IMG/VR virus record: IMGVR_UViG_3300021387_000688
Strand: one strand, 5' to 3'
Length of the DNA: 64,000 nt
Source of the DNA: a virus
Taxonomy: Duplodnaviria > Caudoviricetes
Below the pieces are notes generated by a model that had not been told where the DNA came from, did not search any database, and saw only the letters and a list, made by a program, of their open reading frames with translations. The position numbers and the translations under genes are program-made. Below, piece after piece: positions 37,778 to 47,542 of this stretch (positions are counted from its first letter, which is position 1; each line of letters begins with the position of its first letter).

Positions 37778-38725
37778 ATGTATTACACCGGTATGGATTA
37801 TCGTGAAATGTTTTTAGATTGTGGTTTCAATCCTCCTACAAAAGGTAATAAACTTTGTAGGTGCCCTTGCCATGAAGATGCACATCCTTCTATGAGTATT
37901 GATCTCAATAGAGGATTGTTTCATTGCTTTTCTTGTGGGTATAGTGGAAGGATTGATAAAGTTTATTATGAAAAGTTTGGACATTCTTACGGGAAGAAAA
38001 CAACTTATAATGCAAATGAATTAAGAGAATTGTTTTCTAGAAGAGAAAGATATGTAAGAGCTCCAACTAAAAAACAATTCTTCAATGCACAAATCGTAAA
38101 ATATAACAGTCCAATACTTACTCAATGGTTAGAATTTAGAGGCATTAAAAAGTCTGTAGCAGATGCCGCAGGAGCTTTCTATGGCTGTGCAACTATTGAA
38201 TGGACAGATGATGAAGGAAATAAGAAAAGCTATAAGGTAAATGATAGAGTAATGTTTCCTATCTATGACGAAAATCATAAAATGTGTAGCCTTGAAATGA
38301 GATTTCCATTCTTTGGAAACGAAAACGCAAGGTTTAAAGAATCTGTTAAAAAAGTATTATATCCAAAATGTAGTTCTGTAAATCTTTTATACGAACAGGA
38401 TAAGTTGGATAAAACTAAAAAGTTGTATTTGTTGGAAGGTTTAATGGATTGTCTATCTTTTAGATCTTTAACAGGAATTAAAAATAGTACTACAATCTTC
38501 GGTGCAATGATCACAGATCATCAAAAAGAATTATTAAATGAGTTTCCAGAAGTTTGCTATGTTTATAATAACGATGTAGCAGGACTAAATTCTTTAGAGA
38601 GCATGAAGAAGTTTTATAAAGGAAAACTAACAGAACTTAAACCTGCAGGAGACTGGGATGATGTAGGGGATATGGCTAAAGCTAAGTTTACAGGAGTGGA
38701 AGAATGGTTGACGCAGGAACGTTAG
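37778..38725 (+). CDS. DnaG-type DNA primase (CHC2 zinc finger + TOPRIM)
   Basis: CPCHED..PS..FHCFSCG; RVMFPI; EGLMD; NNDVAG; DDVGD. Confidence 0.9.
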   Translation: MYYTGMDYREMFLDCGFNPPTKGNKLCRCPCHEDAHPSMSIDLNRGLFHCFSCGYSGRIDKVYYEKFGHSYGKKTTYNANELRELFSRRERYVRAPTKKQFFNAQIVKYNSPILTQWLEFRGIKKSVADAAGAFYGCATIEWTDDEGNKKSYKVNDRVMFPIYDENHKMCSLEMRFPFFGNENARFKESVKKVLYPKCSSVNLLYEQDKLDKTKKLYLLEGLMDCLSFRSLTGIKNSTTIFGAMITDHQKELLNEFPEVCYVYNNDVAGLNSLESMKKFYKGKLTELKPAGDWDDVGDMAKAKFTGVEEWLTQER

Positions 38726-39222
38726 AATTGAAATTAAAAAATCTATTTAAGCATTTTGTGTGTAGACAAATTCGTGTTAAAGATTTTAAGGTAATAGAGG
38801 AAGGGGATTTGCAATTAAAGGTTACCGGTCCAGGCCTTAACCTTGATATATTCTGCCCCGCTGAGAATTTTGATGAAAAAGATTTTATTCATAAAATAAA
38901 TACTCATCCAGATTTAGCTAAGTACAACCAATTGATGGTTACTGGCGTAAATGAATTTTCAGAAGATATCCTTAAACATTTCTCTTATCAGGACTGCCCC
39001 GATATGTTCTATATTTGTAAACTACCTTATAGACAACTGTTGGTTAAGGTAGGGGAACAGCAAAGTTTTATAAAAGTATGTGCACAGACGTATCAAAAGT
39101 TATTGGCGTCTATAAGTAGTTTGAATGAATGGCCTGCAGAAATTTCTTTTGATAAAATTCAAAGTCTTTTTAAGAGAAAAGAGTTAGTTTCATTAATGCT
39201 TCATATATCGCAATTAAATTAA
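38704..39222 (+). CDS. Hypothetical protein
   Basis: 172 aa overlapping primase end, SD present. Confidence 0.65.
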   Translation: MVDAGTLELKLKNLFKHFVCRQIRVKDFKVIEEGDLQLKVTGPGLNLDIFCPAENFDEKDFIHKINTHPDLAKYNQLMVTGVNEFSEDILKHFSYQDCPDMFYICKLPYRQLLVKVGEQQSFIKVCAQTYQKLLASISSLNEWPAEISFDKIQSLFKRKELVSLMLHISQLN

Positions 39223-39298
39223 CGGTTTCTAGTTTAATTGCGCTAATTTATTATAATTTCGAAATAGGGTTTACCCCCTATAGCTATAGGAGTAGAAA

Positions 39299-39970
39299 AT
39301 GGTAAGAAGATTTTCTGAATCAAATGCTCAGACACGTAGACAAATGATGACTGAGAAACGCAGAAACCTTCGTGAAGATGAAGAAGTTGACGAGGACGAC
39401 ATCTCTGTTGAAGCAGATGCTACTGAAAACTTCGACGACGAAGGTGGAGATGTTAAGGAGCAGTTGATTGCCTTGTACAAAGCTGCTAAGGCTGATGGTA
39501 TATTGACTGACGAGGACCTCATCGATGATGAAGATTCTGACGAAGGCGATGACGACGATTCTGATGATGAAGACTTCGATGAAGAAGAGGAAATGGATGA
39601 GGAAGAAGAGCCTCTTGAAGAAGAAGACACTTCTGACGACGATGAAGATGATGACGACTCTGACGACGATGACTTGGATGAATCAGTTGTAGCTTCTCGT
39701 AAAAGAGTAGCTGAGGCTAAAGCAAGAATTGCAGCTCGTAAAAGAGTAGCAGAAGCTAAAGCTCGTATCGCCGCACGCAAGAGAGTAGCTGAAGCAAAAG
39801 CTAGAGTAGCTTCTCGTAACAGAGTAGCTGAGTCTAAGAAAGCTCCAGTTTCTTCTAACGCAAAAGCTCGTGCTCAGAGAATTGCTGAAGCAAAAGCAAG
39901 AATCGCTGCTCGTAAGAGAATTGCTGAAGCAAAGGCCAGAGTAGCTGCTCGTAAGAGAAACGCTCGTTAA
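39299..39970 (+). CDS. Acidic/basic bipartite repeat protein, probable prohead core or DNA-condensing internal protein
   Basis: D/E block then 13-aa repeats ARKRVAEAKARIA; SD AGGAG; own terminator. Confidence 0.6.
   Translation: MVRRFSESNAQTRRQMMTEKRRNLREDEEVDEDDISVEADATENFDDEGGDVKEQLIALYKAAKADGILTDEDLIDDEDSDEGDDDDSDDEDFDEEEEMDEEEEPLEEEDTSDDDEDDDDSDDDDLDESVVASRKRVAEAKARIAARKRVAEAKARIAARKRVAEAKARVASRNRVAESKKAPVSSNAKARAQRIAEAKARIAARKRIAEAKARVAARKRNAR
39688..39967 (+). repeat. Coding tandem repeat, 39-nt unit
   Basis: About six degenerate copies encoding (A/S)RKR(V/I)AEAKAR(I/V)A. Confidence 0.85.
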
Positions 39971-39992
39971 TTTGTAGCATTTGATTTATAAG

Positions 39993-40021
39993 AAGTCCTT
40001 AGTTTATTCTAAGGACTTTTT
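39993..40021 (+). terminator. Intrinsic terminator
   Basis: AAGTCCTTAG-TTTATT-CTAAGGACTT-TTT. Confidence 0.85.
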
Positions 40022-40048
40022 CTTTGCCTAAAATTATTTTGCGTAAAG

Positions 40049-40077
40049 AAAAACCTACTGAAATTAATCAGTAGGTT
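40049..40077 (-). terminator. Intrinsic terminator
   Basis: AACCTACTGA-6 nt-TCAGTAGGTT with T run on minus strand. Confidence 0.8.
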
Positions 40078-40106
40078 AAACTTTTAGTTAAGGAGTTTAT
40101 TTTTTA

Positions 40107-43073
40107 TTATAACCATTCTCCACCATCAATTACAGAGTTGTTATTCAACAAAGTACCACTATGGTTTGGAAGAACATTGTTTACTTTTCCACCTACAGGT
40201 AAGTGGCTAGGGTTGTAAGTAATGTCTCCTATTTTTAACTCTATAGGTCCATCACTTTCATCTAACTCTTTTTTAACTGTAACCTTTGTATAAAGAGATA
40301 AGTTGTTAAGTACCTCCTCATGGGCGTCGTCAAATGCTTTTACAAGATAGAAACCAAAGCTCAATGAATTTACAGATCCGTCATATGGATTTTCTTTATC
40401 AAGTATGTCAGATGACCTTGACAATATTTGATTAACACGGCTGTCATAAATCTTTTTACCAGTAGGTGTATCTGCAGGTACAAGAGTTTGCAACCAGTCA
40501 ATTCTACCACTAGTTGTTTGATTCATAATTTCGTTGTAAAGATCTTCAATAATCTTTTTAACTACAACGAATCCTGAGTCTACATAAGTTTCAGTTGCAA
40601 GTACTCCAGAATGAGTAGGAAGTTCAAGTACAGGTGCTTTTTCTCCTAATATTTCAAAACTATATTTACCTACACCATTAGTGTCACGGTCTTTTTCTTG
40701 AGTGAACTTAAATTCCTGGAAGTCTAATACTGTATTAGATGTGGTAGATGCCAGCTGTCCTGATTTTTTACCGAAACCGTGTTTAACATATGAATCTGGT
40801 TTGTTTTCTCCAAACATTGATACGTTAAGGGCTTCGCCACCTGCATTTGTTAAGGAATATTCTGTTACCCCCTCATTGATGTACTTACTGAATAAGAACT
40901 CTATAGAATCTAATGCAGGAGTTGCATCTTCTTTTTCTGTTTTAGGCAATTTCAAACCTGCATGGTTTTTAGTTAATTCAATTCTAGAATTCTTTGCAGT
41001 GCCTTTATCACTGATTACAGGGATGTGACCATCATCTACGAAAGCATCTCCGAATTCTCCATCTTTTTTGAAAACTACTGAATTTGGATTACTAAATTCA
41101 AGACTGCTTGGAGTAGGAGTTAATTTAACCTCATGAGGAGCTTCATCTTCCAAAGCTTTTATTGACTTACCATCCCAATTGGTTTCGAAAACTTTTCTCT
41201 GAACGTCTTTGAATTCTGGTATACCTGCTATCTTAACACCGTCCATTAAGATACCAATGAAAGAAGAACTATTGTCTAATACATCAAACTTCTTATCTTC
41301 TCCATTGTAAATAATCCAGTCGCCGTTTTCAAGAGAATGTACCCATTCACCCTCTTTACCATCTTCGTTAGTTAAGTTAGGATCGTGATCATCTTTATTC
41401 TTTGTAAGATTGAAATAATCTCCTAACTTGTCGATTACTAAATGACCGGCATTCCAAATCCAATAACAACCTGCTTGTAACTTAGTATCATATGCAGTGT
41501 TAGCTTCAGATTCATCTTCATCTGTATCTTCTTCATCTACGTTAATGTCAATATTTTTAAAAGCTTCTGTCCAAGCCAAAGCCAAATCATGAGCGGTTTT
41601 CTGTTCAGGTTCTGTTGTTTCGTCGCCATCTTCAATAGCTGTTTTTATAGCAGCTAAAATATCTGGATTGTTGATAGTGCTCATGTATTTAGGAGCACCT
41701 AACAAGAAATCAGGTAATTGAGAAGAAATAATCTTGCCAGTAGAAGGATCGATATCTACTTTAGTAAGGAATAATCTCTTAATATAATCTGTTATGACAT
41801 TGTTTAAATCAGCTTTGAAATCAGCATCAGTACTATATTTATCTGCTACTGCAGATTTATTATTCCAAATGGCTTCTGCATAATCATCTGCACGTTTGTA
41901 TTCCAAGTTTTTTGCAGACAATATATCAAGTAATTTGCCATAGAGTGAAATTACTGAATATGTTACTCCACCATCGACCGCAGGGATAGAAAGAATTAAA
42001 TCCCCTTCATGTAAACGATCTTCTCCGGTAGTGTATCTACCTGTACCGTCGTCAAATGGAACTCTGTGTCTACCATTTGTAAATGGTATATAATGTATTG
42101 CACCATCGAAATCTGTATTTTTAAAGCTTTCTGGAGTAATTGCTTCACAACCTACAATATGGGCTGCTTCGTCATCCTCTGCATTTTCTTCGACTTCAGT
42201 TATTGTTATTGCCTTCCAACCTTCTGGTCCAATCAAAGATTGGAATCTTCTTGCAGGTCCATCTAAGAAATCTTTCAAAGTTGCAATACGGTCCTTTGAG
42301 GGATCTGAACCGAACAAGTCGGTGAAATACTTTTTCATTGAATTGGATACTAAAGCAAATTGGTTAATCTTTGTTAAAGCATCTGTTGAATGACTTAAAT
42401 GAATAACTACATTTTCATCATATACTGGGCTATAGAAGAACAAATCTCCTGGGTTGATTATTTCAGCTGCTTCTGTAGAGCTGTGACCTACATATCTAGA
42501 TTCTACATCTACAGGTTCTTCTCCTCTAGTACCTGGCTCTCTATTTTTGATAGTAGTATCTGTTAAAGTTTCAATGCTTTTATCAGAAGCTTTCAATCCA
42601 TCTGGACTAGTGGATTTAGATATAGGTCTAGTACCTACATACATGAAAATGAAGTTAGGTTTAGTTTTTCCTTTTTCTTTAAGGGCTTCCCAAGGGTCTG
42701 AAACGGTAGAATCAAAACCAATTACTCCACCCCATTTAAGAGCTCCTCCAGAACCTAAAGACCATACTTCTCCGTATCTACCAGAGCCTGCAAACAAATC
42801 CCCTTCAAAGAAAGTATTGATATAAGATTTTGTTCCTAAATCATAGATACGATATTTTCTTTTGCTACTATCTACACCTGCAGGGGCAACTTCTTCACGA
42901 GTTGCTACTACATTCTCTTGTAAAAGATTTACAGTCTGTATAAATAATTCACCACGAGCTAAAACCCTACTATCATTTCTTTTAATAAGGTTACCACGTG
43001 CCTGCTGAATAATTTGATTACCAGTCAATTTTCCAGTGTTTGGATCATTTGATTGTCCGTGATTGTCTGCCAT
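40107..43073 (-). CDS. Tail fibre/appendage-like structural protein A
   Basis: Mtd-N-like IIQQARG..LARGELF; GKIISSQLP; GDWIIYNG; LPxHSG repeats; ends IDGGEWL; late promoter. Confidence 0.65.
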   Translation of the reverse strand: MADNHGQSNDPNTGKLTGNQIIQQARGNLIKRNDSRVLARGELFIQTVNLLQENVVATREEVAPAGVDSSKRKYRIYDLGTKSYINTFFEGDLFAGSGRYGEVWSLGSGGALKWGGVIGFDSTVSDPWEALKEKGKTKPNFIFMYVGTRPISKSTSPDGLKASDKSIETLTDTTIKNREPGTRGEEPVDVESRYVGHSSTEAAEIINPGDLFFYSPVYDENVVIHLSHSTDALTKINQFALVSNSMKKYFTDLFGSDPSKDRIATLKDFLDGPARRFQSLIGPEGWKAITITEVEENAEDDEAAHIVGCEAITPESFKNTDFDGAIHYIPFTNGRHRVPFDDGTGRYTTGEDRLHEGDLILSIPAVDGGVTYSVISLYGKLLDILSAKNLEYKRADDYAEAIWNNKSAVADKYSTDADFKADLNNVITDYIKRLFLTKVDIDPSTGKIISSQLPDFLLGAPKYMSTINNPDILAAIKTAIEDGDETTEPEQKTAHDLALAWTEAFKNIDINVDEEDTDEDESEANTAYDTKLQAGCYWIWNAGHLVIDKLGDYFNLTKNKDDHDPNLTNEDGKEGEWVHSLENGDWIIYNGEDKKFDVLDNSSSFIGILMDGVKIAGIPEFKDVQRKVFETNWDGKSIKALEDEAPHEVKLTPTPSSLEFSNPNSVVFKKDGEFGDAFVDDGHIPVISDKGTAKNSRIELTKNHAGLKLPKTEKEDATPALDSIEFLFSKYINEGVTEYSLTNAGGEALNVSMFGENKPDSYVKHGFGKKSGQLASTTSNTVLDFQEFKFTQEKDRDTNGVGKYSFEILGEKAPVLELPTHSGVLATETYVDSGFVVVKKIIEDLYNEIMNQTTSGRIDWLQTLVPADTPTGKKIYDSRVNQILSRSSDILDKENPYDGSVNSLSFGFYLVKAFDDAHEEVLNNLSLYTKVTVKKELDESDGPIELKIGDITYNPSHLPVGGKVNNVLPNHSGTLLNNNSVIDGGEWL

Positions 43074-43155
43074 ATTTATAATACTCCTTAACTAACTAAT
43101 TAAAACGAAATATAATAATTTAGTGCATATTTCAAAAGTCAAAGAGGGAATTTAG

Positions 43156-45963
43156 ATGCCAGCTATACTTCAACATAATAGGGGAGATGTTTTTTTAGGT
43201 AACCAACAGAATTTCAAAACCGGTCAATTCTTTTGGTCTTATATTAACAAAGACAAATATACATCCAATGGACATTCTTATTCAGAAGGCCAGTTGTGGA
43301 TTAAAGATCCCTCTAATGAAAATCTAACAGAGATAGCAAATAGAAGATCCTTAAACGCGTTTGTATTTAAGGGTAATATGCCTAAAGCATTTTCTGGCGA
43401 TTTCGTAAATGCAGAAGATCCTTTATATGCAGATATGAAACATTGCCATACTGGCGACTTTTGGATTTTCGATCATAATGAAAAAGAAAAGTTCTTAGTA
43501 CCTTTCCAAAAGGGGGATATTCTTGCAATAACAGATACCGTTTACGAAAACATAGAAGGCCAACCTTTTAGAAATGTCCTAACTCATGCAGAATATACAA
43601 GAATTAGATGTGCAGAATTTGATGATGAAGGTTCAGATTTAAATGCAGAAACTCTTAGCGAAGCAATTAAAGAACTTGAACAAAGACTTCTCTATAAAGG
43701 GGAGTTTAAAGGTTTAAGAGAATACTACAACCTTATTAAAAAGAAGGGTTGGCTTTATTTATCTAAAGAAGATATTTCTTTAACTACAGATGAAATCATA
43801 GTTTTACATACAACCAGAGATGACGATGACGAAACTTTCCATACTGTTAGGAAAGGAGATTTCATTTGGTGGAATGGAGAAAAGTGGGTTTTAATTCCTA
43901 CAGGTCTTAAAGCTGAAGATATTCCTTATACTCCTAATGTAGAAGACATTGATGCTCAACCTACTTTCCCTTCTGAACATAAAGAGTTGTTAAAATCAAC
44001 TGACAATGTACAAGATGCAATTGATATTTTAAACTTGCACAAAGCTTCTTTGGATCACAATGGTAAGATTCCTTACGAAGAATTACCTACTTCTATTAGA
44101 TCTGGTTTAGTAATTCAAGGAAAGTTCTATCCAGTAATTGATCCTTCCTTAGATAAAGATGATCCAAACAATCAAAATCATTGGCCAGATAAGATAGACT
44201 TGGACGGTAACGAATTAGAGAATTGGATGAATGGTTGGTTCTGGATTGTAGATACTAACCGTAAAGTAAATGTTCAATACCAAGATAAATTAAATCCAGA
44301 TAGAATAGTTGAATTAAATTCTGGCGATTGGATCGTTTGGGTTGATCAAACCGGCAGATTTGAAGTTATTGATAACAGTGATAGAATTGCTGCAATTGAA
44401 GTTCAAATTCCTAAAAAAGATGGAGACAAAACAGTTACTGTTGTAGGTACGGTAGGTTTAACTACTACTGGTCAAATTGAAATTAAGGTAGAAGACAATA
44501 CTATTATCATTGACGGTGATAAAGTAGTTGGATTAGACATAGAAGGTAAAAAAGACTATTTCCCAATCTTCAAAGATGCCCATACTTTAACTGTAAGTGA
44601 TTTACACAAAGACGGTGAAAACATAATTTCCGATTTAGGATTTGTAATTGGAGCTTCTACAAATACCAGAGATGAAGTAACTTACGGTGATGTTATTATT
44701 AGAAAAACATCTGCACCTGGAAGCCCTCTTGGATGGAGAAATAATTTCTTAATCATTGAAAATGCTTTATTAGATAAAGACAATGAAAGATTTTATAGAC
44801 AAACAAACTTAAGGGCCAGTACAAGAAATAAATTCTTAAAAAACGGAAATACTGAAGAGACTTTAGATGTTTATTTACCTGAATGTAGCGGCGATTTATT
44901 AGCTGTACTTTCTGATGAAAAATTAACCCCTACCTATTTGCAGAAGACTTATGCACATGGATTTACGACAGACTCTCTTAATTCAGAAATTATGGAGCCT
45001 GATAGTTATTTGTTAAAAGAACACGAAGATGGTTATAGTAATGTAGGTTTGGGTCGTACAGCTTCTGAAGATGTAGACTTAGGCGAAATTACATTCTATG
45101 CAAAAACTAAAGACTCTACCCCAAATGCATCCCAAGTAGGTTTCTATACTTCTTTACATGTTTATAAAAACAATGATGCAAGAAATGGTCAAGTTACCGA
45201 ACACTTCTTAAACAGAGCTACAAAGGTTAGAACTCACTTAGTAATCAATCCTACTGTAATAAATGAACTTAAAGAGACATTTGTAAAAATGCCTTGCGAT
45301 GATGGTACATTATTGCTTTGGGAAGATATCCAAATGTTGTTAGGTCGTGGAGTACCTTTAATGATCCCTGCTTGGGAAAGTATGCACCATGATGTACATG
45401 ATTTTGTAGGTTTGTCAACTTCTCCTATTACTATTAAATTGAATAGGAAAAAATCAGGATGGGAAACAACTGATAGGGTAAACGACTTAAGTGAAAATTA
45501 CGGAGACGGCGATAAATCAACTTGGTCTTATATTGATTCTAATAAGGAAGGTTCTTTACAAAATGATACTAGAGGTTCAATCGACGACGTAGTTTCTTTT
45601 GACTCTTGGATTGAATCTCAAAGAGCTATTGCAACTAAAGAAGCTTTCATTATTCCTTCTACTGCAAAGGTAGATGGTGTTTCTAAAATGGACCCTGTTA
45701 CATTAGAGGTTACTAAAGACCCTAACGAAGTTAAAAATGATAAATATGGGCGTGATAAAAAAGGTGGTAAATATCAAAGAATACTCCCATCAAGAACTTT
45801 ATACCCTGATGAAGTAACATATTACGACGCTCTTACTGGTGACCTTATTCCCCAAGATACAACATCAAAAGATGTGGAGATGCCTGCAGTGGGCGGCGTA
45901 TTGTTAACCAGCCGTTCTAGAATTGATTGTGGCCAGTGGGGTGATGTTAGGCAGACTTCTTAG
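43156..45963 (+). CDS. Tail fibre/appendage-like structural protein B (paralogue of A)
   Basis: ILQHNRG; GKIPYEELP; GDWIVW..FEVIDNS; ends IDCGQWG; late promoter. Confidence 0.65.
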   Translation: MPAILQHNRGDVFLGNQQNFKTGQFFWSYINKDKYTSNGHSYSEGQLWIKDPSNENLTEIANRRSLNAFVFKGNMPKAFSGDFVNAEDPLYADMKHCHTGDFWIFDHNEKEKFLVPFQKGDILAITDTVYENIEGQPFRNVLTHAEYTRIRCAEFDDEGSDLNAETLSEAIKELEQRLLYKGEFKGLREYYNLIKKKGWLYLSKEDISLTTDEIIVLHTTRDDDDETFHTVRKGDFIWWNGEKWVLIPTGLKAEDIPYTPNVEDIDAQPTFPSEHKELLKSTDNVQDAIDILNLHKASLDHNGKIPYEELPTSIRSGLVIQGKFYPVIDPSLDKDDPNNQNHWPDKIDLDGNELENWMNGWFWIVDTNRKVNVQYQDKLNPDRIVELNSGDWIVWVDQTGRFEVIDNSDRIAAIEVQIPKKDGDKTVTVVGTVGLTTTGQIEIKVEDNTIIIDGDKVVGLDIEGKKDYFPIFKDAHTLTVSDLHKDGENIISDLGFVIGASTNTRDEVTYGDVIIRKTSAPGSPLGWRNNFLIIENALLDKDNERFYRQTNLRASTRNKFLKNGNTEETLDVYLPECSGDLLAVLSDEKLTPTYLQKTYAHGFTTDSLNSEIMEPDSYLLKEHEDGYSNVGLGRTASEDVDLGEITFYAKTKDSTPNASQVGFYTSLHVYKNNDARNGQVTEHFLNRATKVRTHLVINPTVINELKETFVKMPCDDGTLLLWEDIQMLLGRGVPLMIPAWESMHHDVHDFVGLSTSPITIKLNRKKSGWETTDRVNDLSENYGDGDKSTWSYIDSNKEGSLQNDTRGSIDDVVSFDSWIESQRAIATKEAFIIPSTAKVDGVSKMDPVTLEVTKDPNEVKNDKYGRDKKGGKYQRILPSRTLYPDEVTYYDALTGDLIPQDTTSKDVEMPAVGGVLLTSRSRIDCGQWGDVRQTS

Positions 45964-46258
45964 TCGACTTAACTTTTTCAACTGAAATAACATCATACGG
46001 GTATCTTTTCTTTACGTCTAGGTACCCCGATTCAATAATCTTAAACTTTCTCTTTTCACACCCTCTTACTTTAATAAAGTGATTAATAAAAATATCCCTA
46101 AACTCTTCATAGGAATAATCCTCTACGTACGCGACCATAGTAGAATGCTTTTTAATTGTTTCATACAGCTTATTCAACTTGGCTGTTGGTCTTTTGTACT
46201 TCTTCATTTTCTCTTCAATGCATTCTACTACTACTTCAACTTGGTTGTCATTCAACAT
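45947..46258 (-). CDS. Hypothetical protein
   Basis: 103 aa, SD GAGG. Confidence 0.65.
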   Translation of the reverse strand: MLNDNQVEVVVECIEEKMKKYKRPTAKLNKLYETIKKHSTMVAYVEDYSYEEFRDIFINHFIKVRGCEKRKFKIIESGYLDVKKRYPYDVISVEKVKSTKKSA

Positions 46259-46434
46259 ATTTCTATCCTCTTTTTATTAATTTGTTTTTAAATATTTTCT
46301 GTTTTTTAAATGATATGTTGAATTGTTAACCAGGCTTCCAATAATAGCCTATTTGCACTAAGCAGTTTACCTCCTTAAAAATAAAATACTGTTTATTTAA
46401 TATAGAAATTTTCGGGTACGGTTTTTTCCAAAAG

Positions 46435-46461
46435 AAAAGGAGCCCCTAACAGAGGCTCCTT
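46435..46461 (-). terminator. Intrinsic terminator
   Basis: AAGGAGCC...GGCTCCTT with T run on minus strand. Confidence 0.75.
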
Positions 46462-46486
46462 AAAAACGAGGTACAAATATCTTTAA

Positions 46487-46642
46487 TTAAAAGAATATTT
46501 TTCTGAATTTTTTAGAGACGCACATTGCAGCTACAAATGCAACTACGCCAGTTAAGAAGAGGAATCCGAATCCGGAAATATCCTCTACAAATAAAATATG
46601 TTCCTGCTCATATACGAGCCAATCAATTACTCTTTCTAACAT
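46487..46642 (-). CDS. Small membrane protein (51 aa, not in ORF track)
   Basis: MLERVIDWLVYEQEHILFVEDISGFGFLFLTGVVAFVAAMCVSKKFRKIFF; start overlaps upstream stop, SD GGAGG. Confidence 0.65.
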   Translation of the reverse strand: MLERVIDWLVYEQEHILFVEDISGFGFLFLTGVVAFVAAMCVSKKFRKIFF

Positions 46643-46938
46643 TACTCTACCTCCCCTTTAAGTAAAGCTTCAATTTCACTTCCATCTAAATCCCCATAGC
46701 ACTGAGGATTTTCGCAAAGCTTTTCGTACAGTTCGTACTTTGGGTCTACTCCGAATTGGTAGCACCACATTTCATATACGGCCCAAGTAAATTCTGAATC
46801 TGTTTCAGTTTCTGTACGAAGTTCGTCAACTGTTTTGATTTCAAGATACTTTGTATCTGTATCGTAATTAAAAGTTGTTGCTGAGATTGATGCAACTACA
46901 ACCAAAGAAGTTAAAACGATTGCGATAAGTTTTTTCAT
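46642..46938 (-). CDS. Secreted/periplasmic hypothetical protein
   Basis: Signal peptide MKKLIAIVLTSLVVVASISA; SD AAGGAG. Confidence 0.75.
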   Translation of the reverse strand: MKKLIAIVLTSLVVVASISATTFNYDTDTKYLEIKTVDELRTETETDSEFTWAVYEMWCYQFGVDPKYELYEKLCENPQCYGDLDGSEIEALLKGEVE

Positions 46939-46988
46939 TTGTTTTCTCCTTGTAGGTGAAAACTTCCATGTTTGCTTAATTTTTAATT

Positions 46989-47016
46989 AAAGGGGTTGAC
47001 ATCCCTTCAACCCCTT
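46989..47016. terminator. Intergenic hairpin (terminator or processing site)
   Basis: AAGGGGTTGA-7 nt-TCAACCCCTT. Confidence 0.6.
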
Positions 47017-47026
47017 CCGGATTTGA

Positions 47027-47449
47027 TTAATAGTTTGATGCTTTGATACCAGCGATGCGAATGAACTGATCTGCTGAAAGCTTATAGCTAGCACCAAGTG
47101 TGTTCTTTACAATGAATGGATACTTGTGTTTCTTAGTATCAATCATTTCAAGATGGATTGTACCGATTTTTGAATGTACCCAAGTGCCTTCGAACATCTT
47201 CTGAATTTCTGAATCTTCTACTTTGTAGCCATTCTTCATGAAGATGTACTCTGCATCGTAAATTTCCTGCTTGCCCAACTTTCTTGAGCCATCAGCCTTA
47301 AGTTCTACTCCTTCAATTTTGTAAGTAAAACCTGTATCGCTGTAGACTACTTTTGAGCCTGCTTTCTGAGTCATGCCGTATTTGGCAAGGATTGCCTTGA
47401 TTGCTGTGTCGATTTCTTCGTGAACGATTCTTGCTGTTCCTGCTGTCAT
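47027..47449 (-). CDS. Hypothetical early protein
   Basis: 140 aa; GCTATATTAT promoter and GAGGTACAA leader. Confidence 0.75.
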   Translation of the reverse strand: MTAGTARIVHEEIDTAIKAILAKYGMTQKAGSKVVYSDTGFTYKIEGVELKADGSRKLGKQEIYDAEYIFMKNGYKVEDSEIQKMFEGTWVHSKIGTIHLEMIDTKKHKYPFIVKNTLGASYKLSADQFIRIAGIKASNY

Positions 47450-47542
47450 AATTTGTACCTCTTATTAGTTATAATTTATGATAATAATATAGCTAACAAG
47501 GGGTACCTAAATTTCAAAAATGTTTACTTTTTTGAAACTTTT

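Noticed and set aside
39328-39780. 150 aa Ser-rich antisense ORF
   Set aside because: Mirror of GAY/GAR codons in the acidic block of the plus-strand gene
40107-45963. Invertible fibre switch or diversity-generating retroelement target
   Set aside because: No recombinase, inverted crossover repeats, reverse transcriptase or template/variable repeat pair seen in the window
46262-46410. Promoter and strong SD (AAGGAGGT, minus strand) with no clear gene
   Set aside because: Only 10-19 codon frames with non-ATG starts follow; cannot tell a leader peptide from a gene remnant
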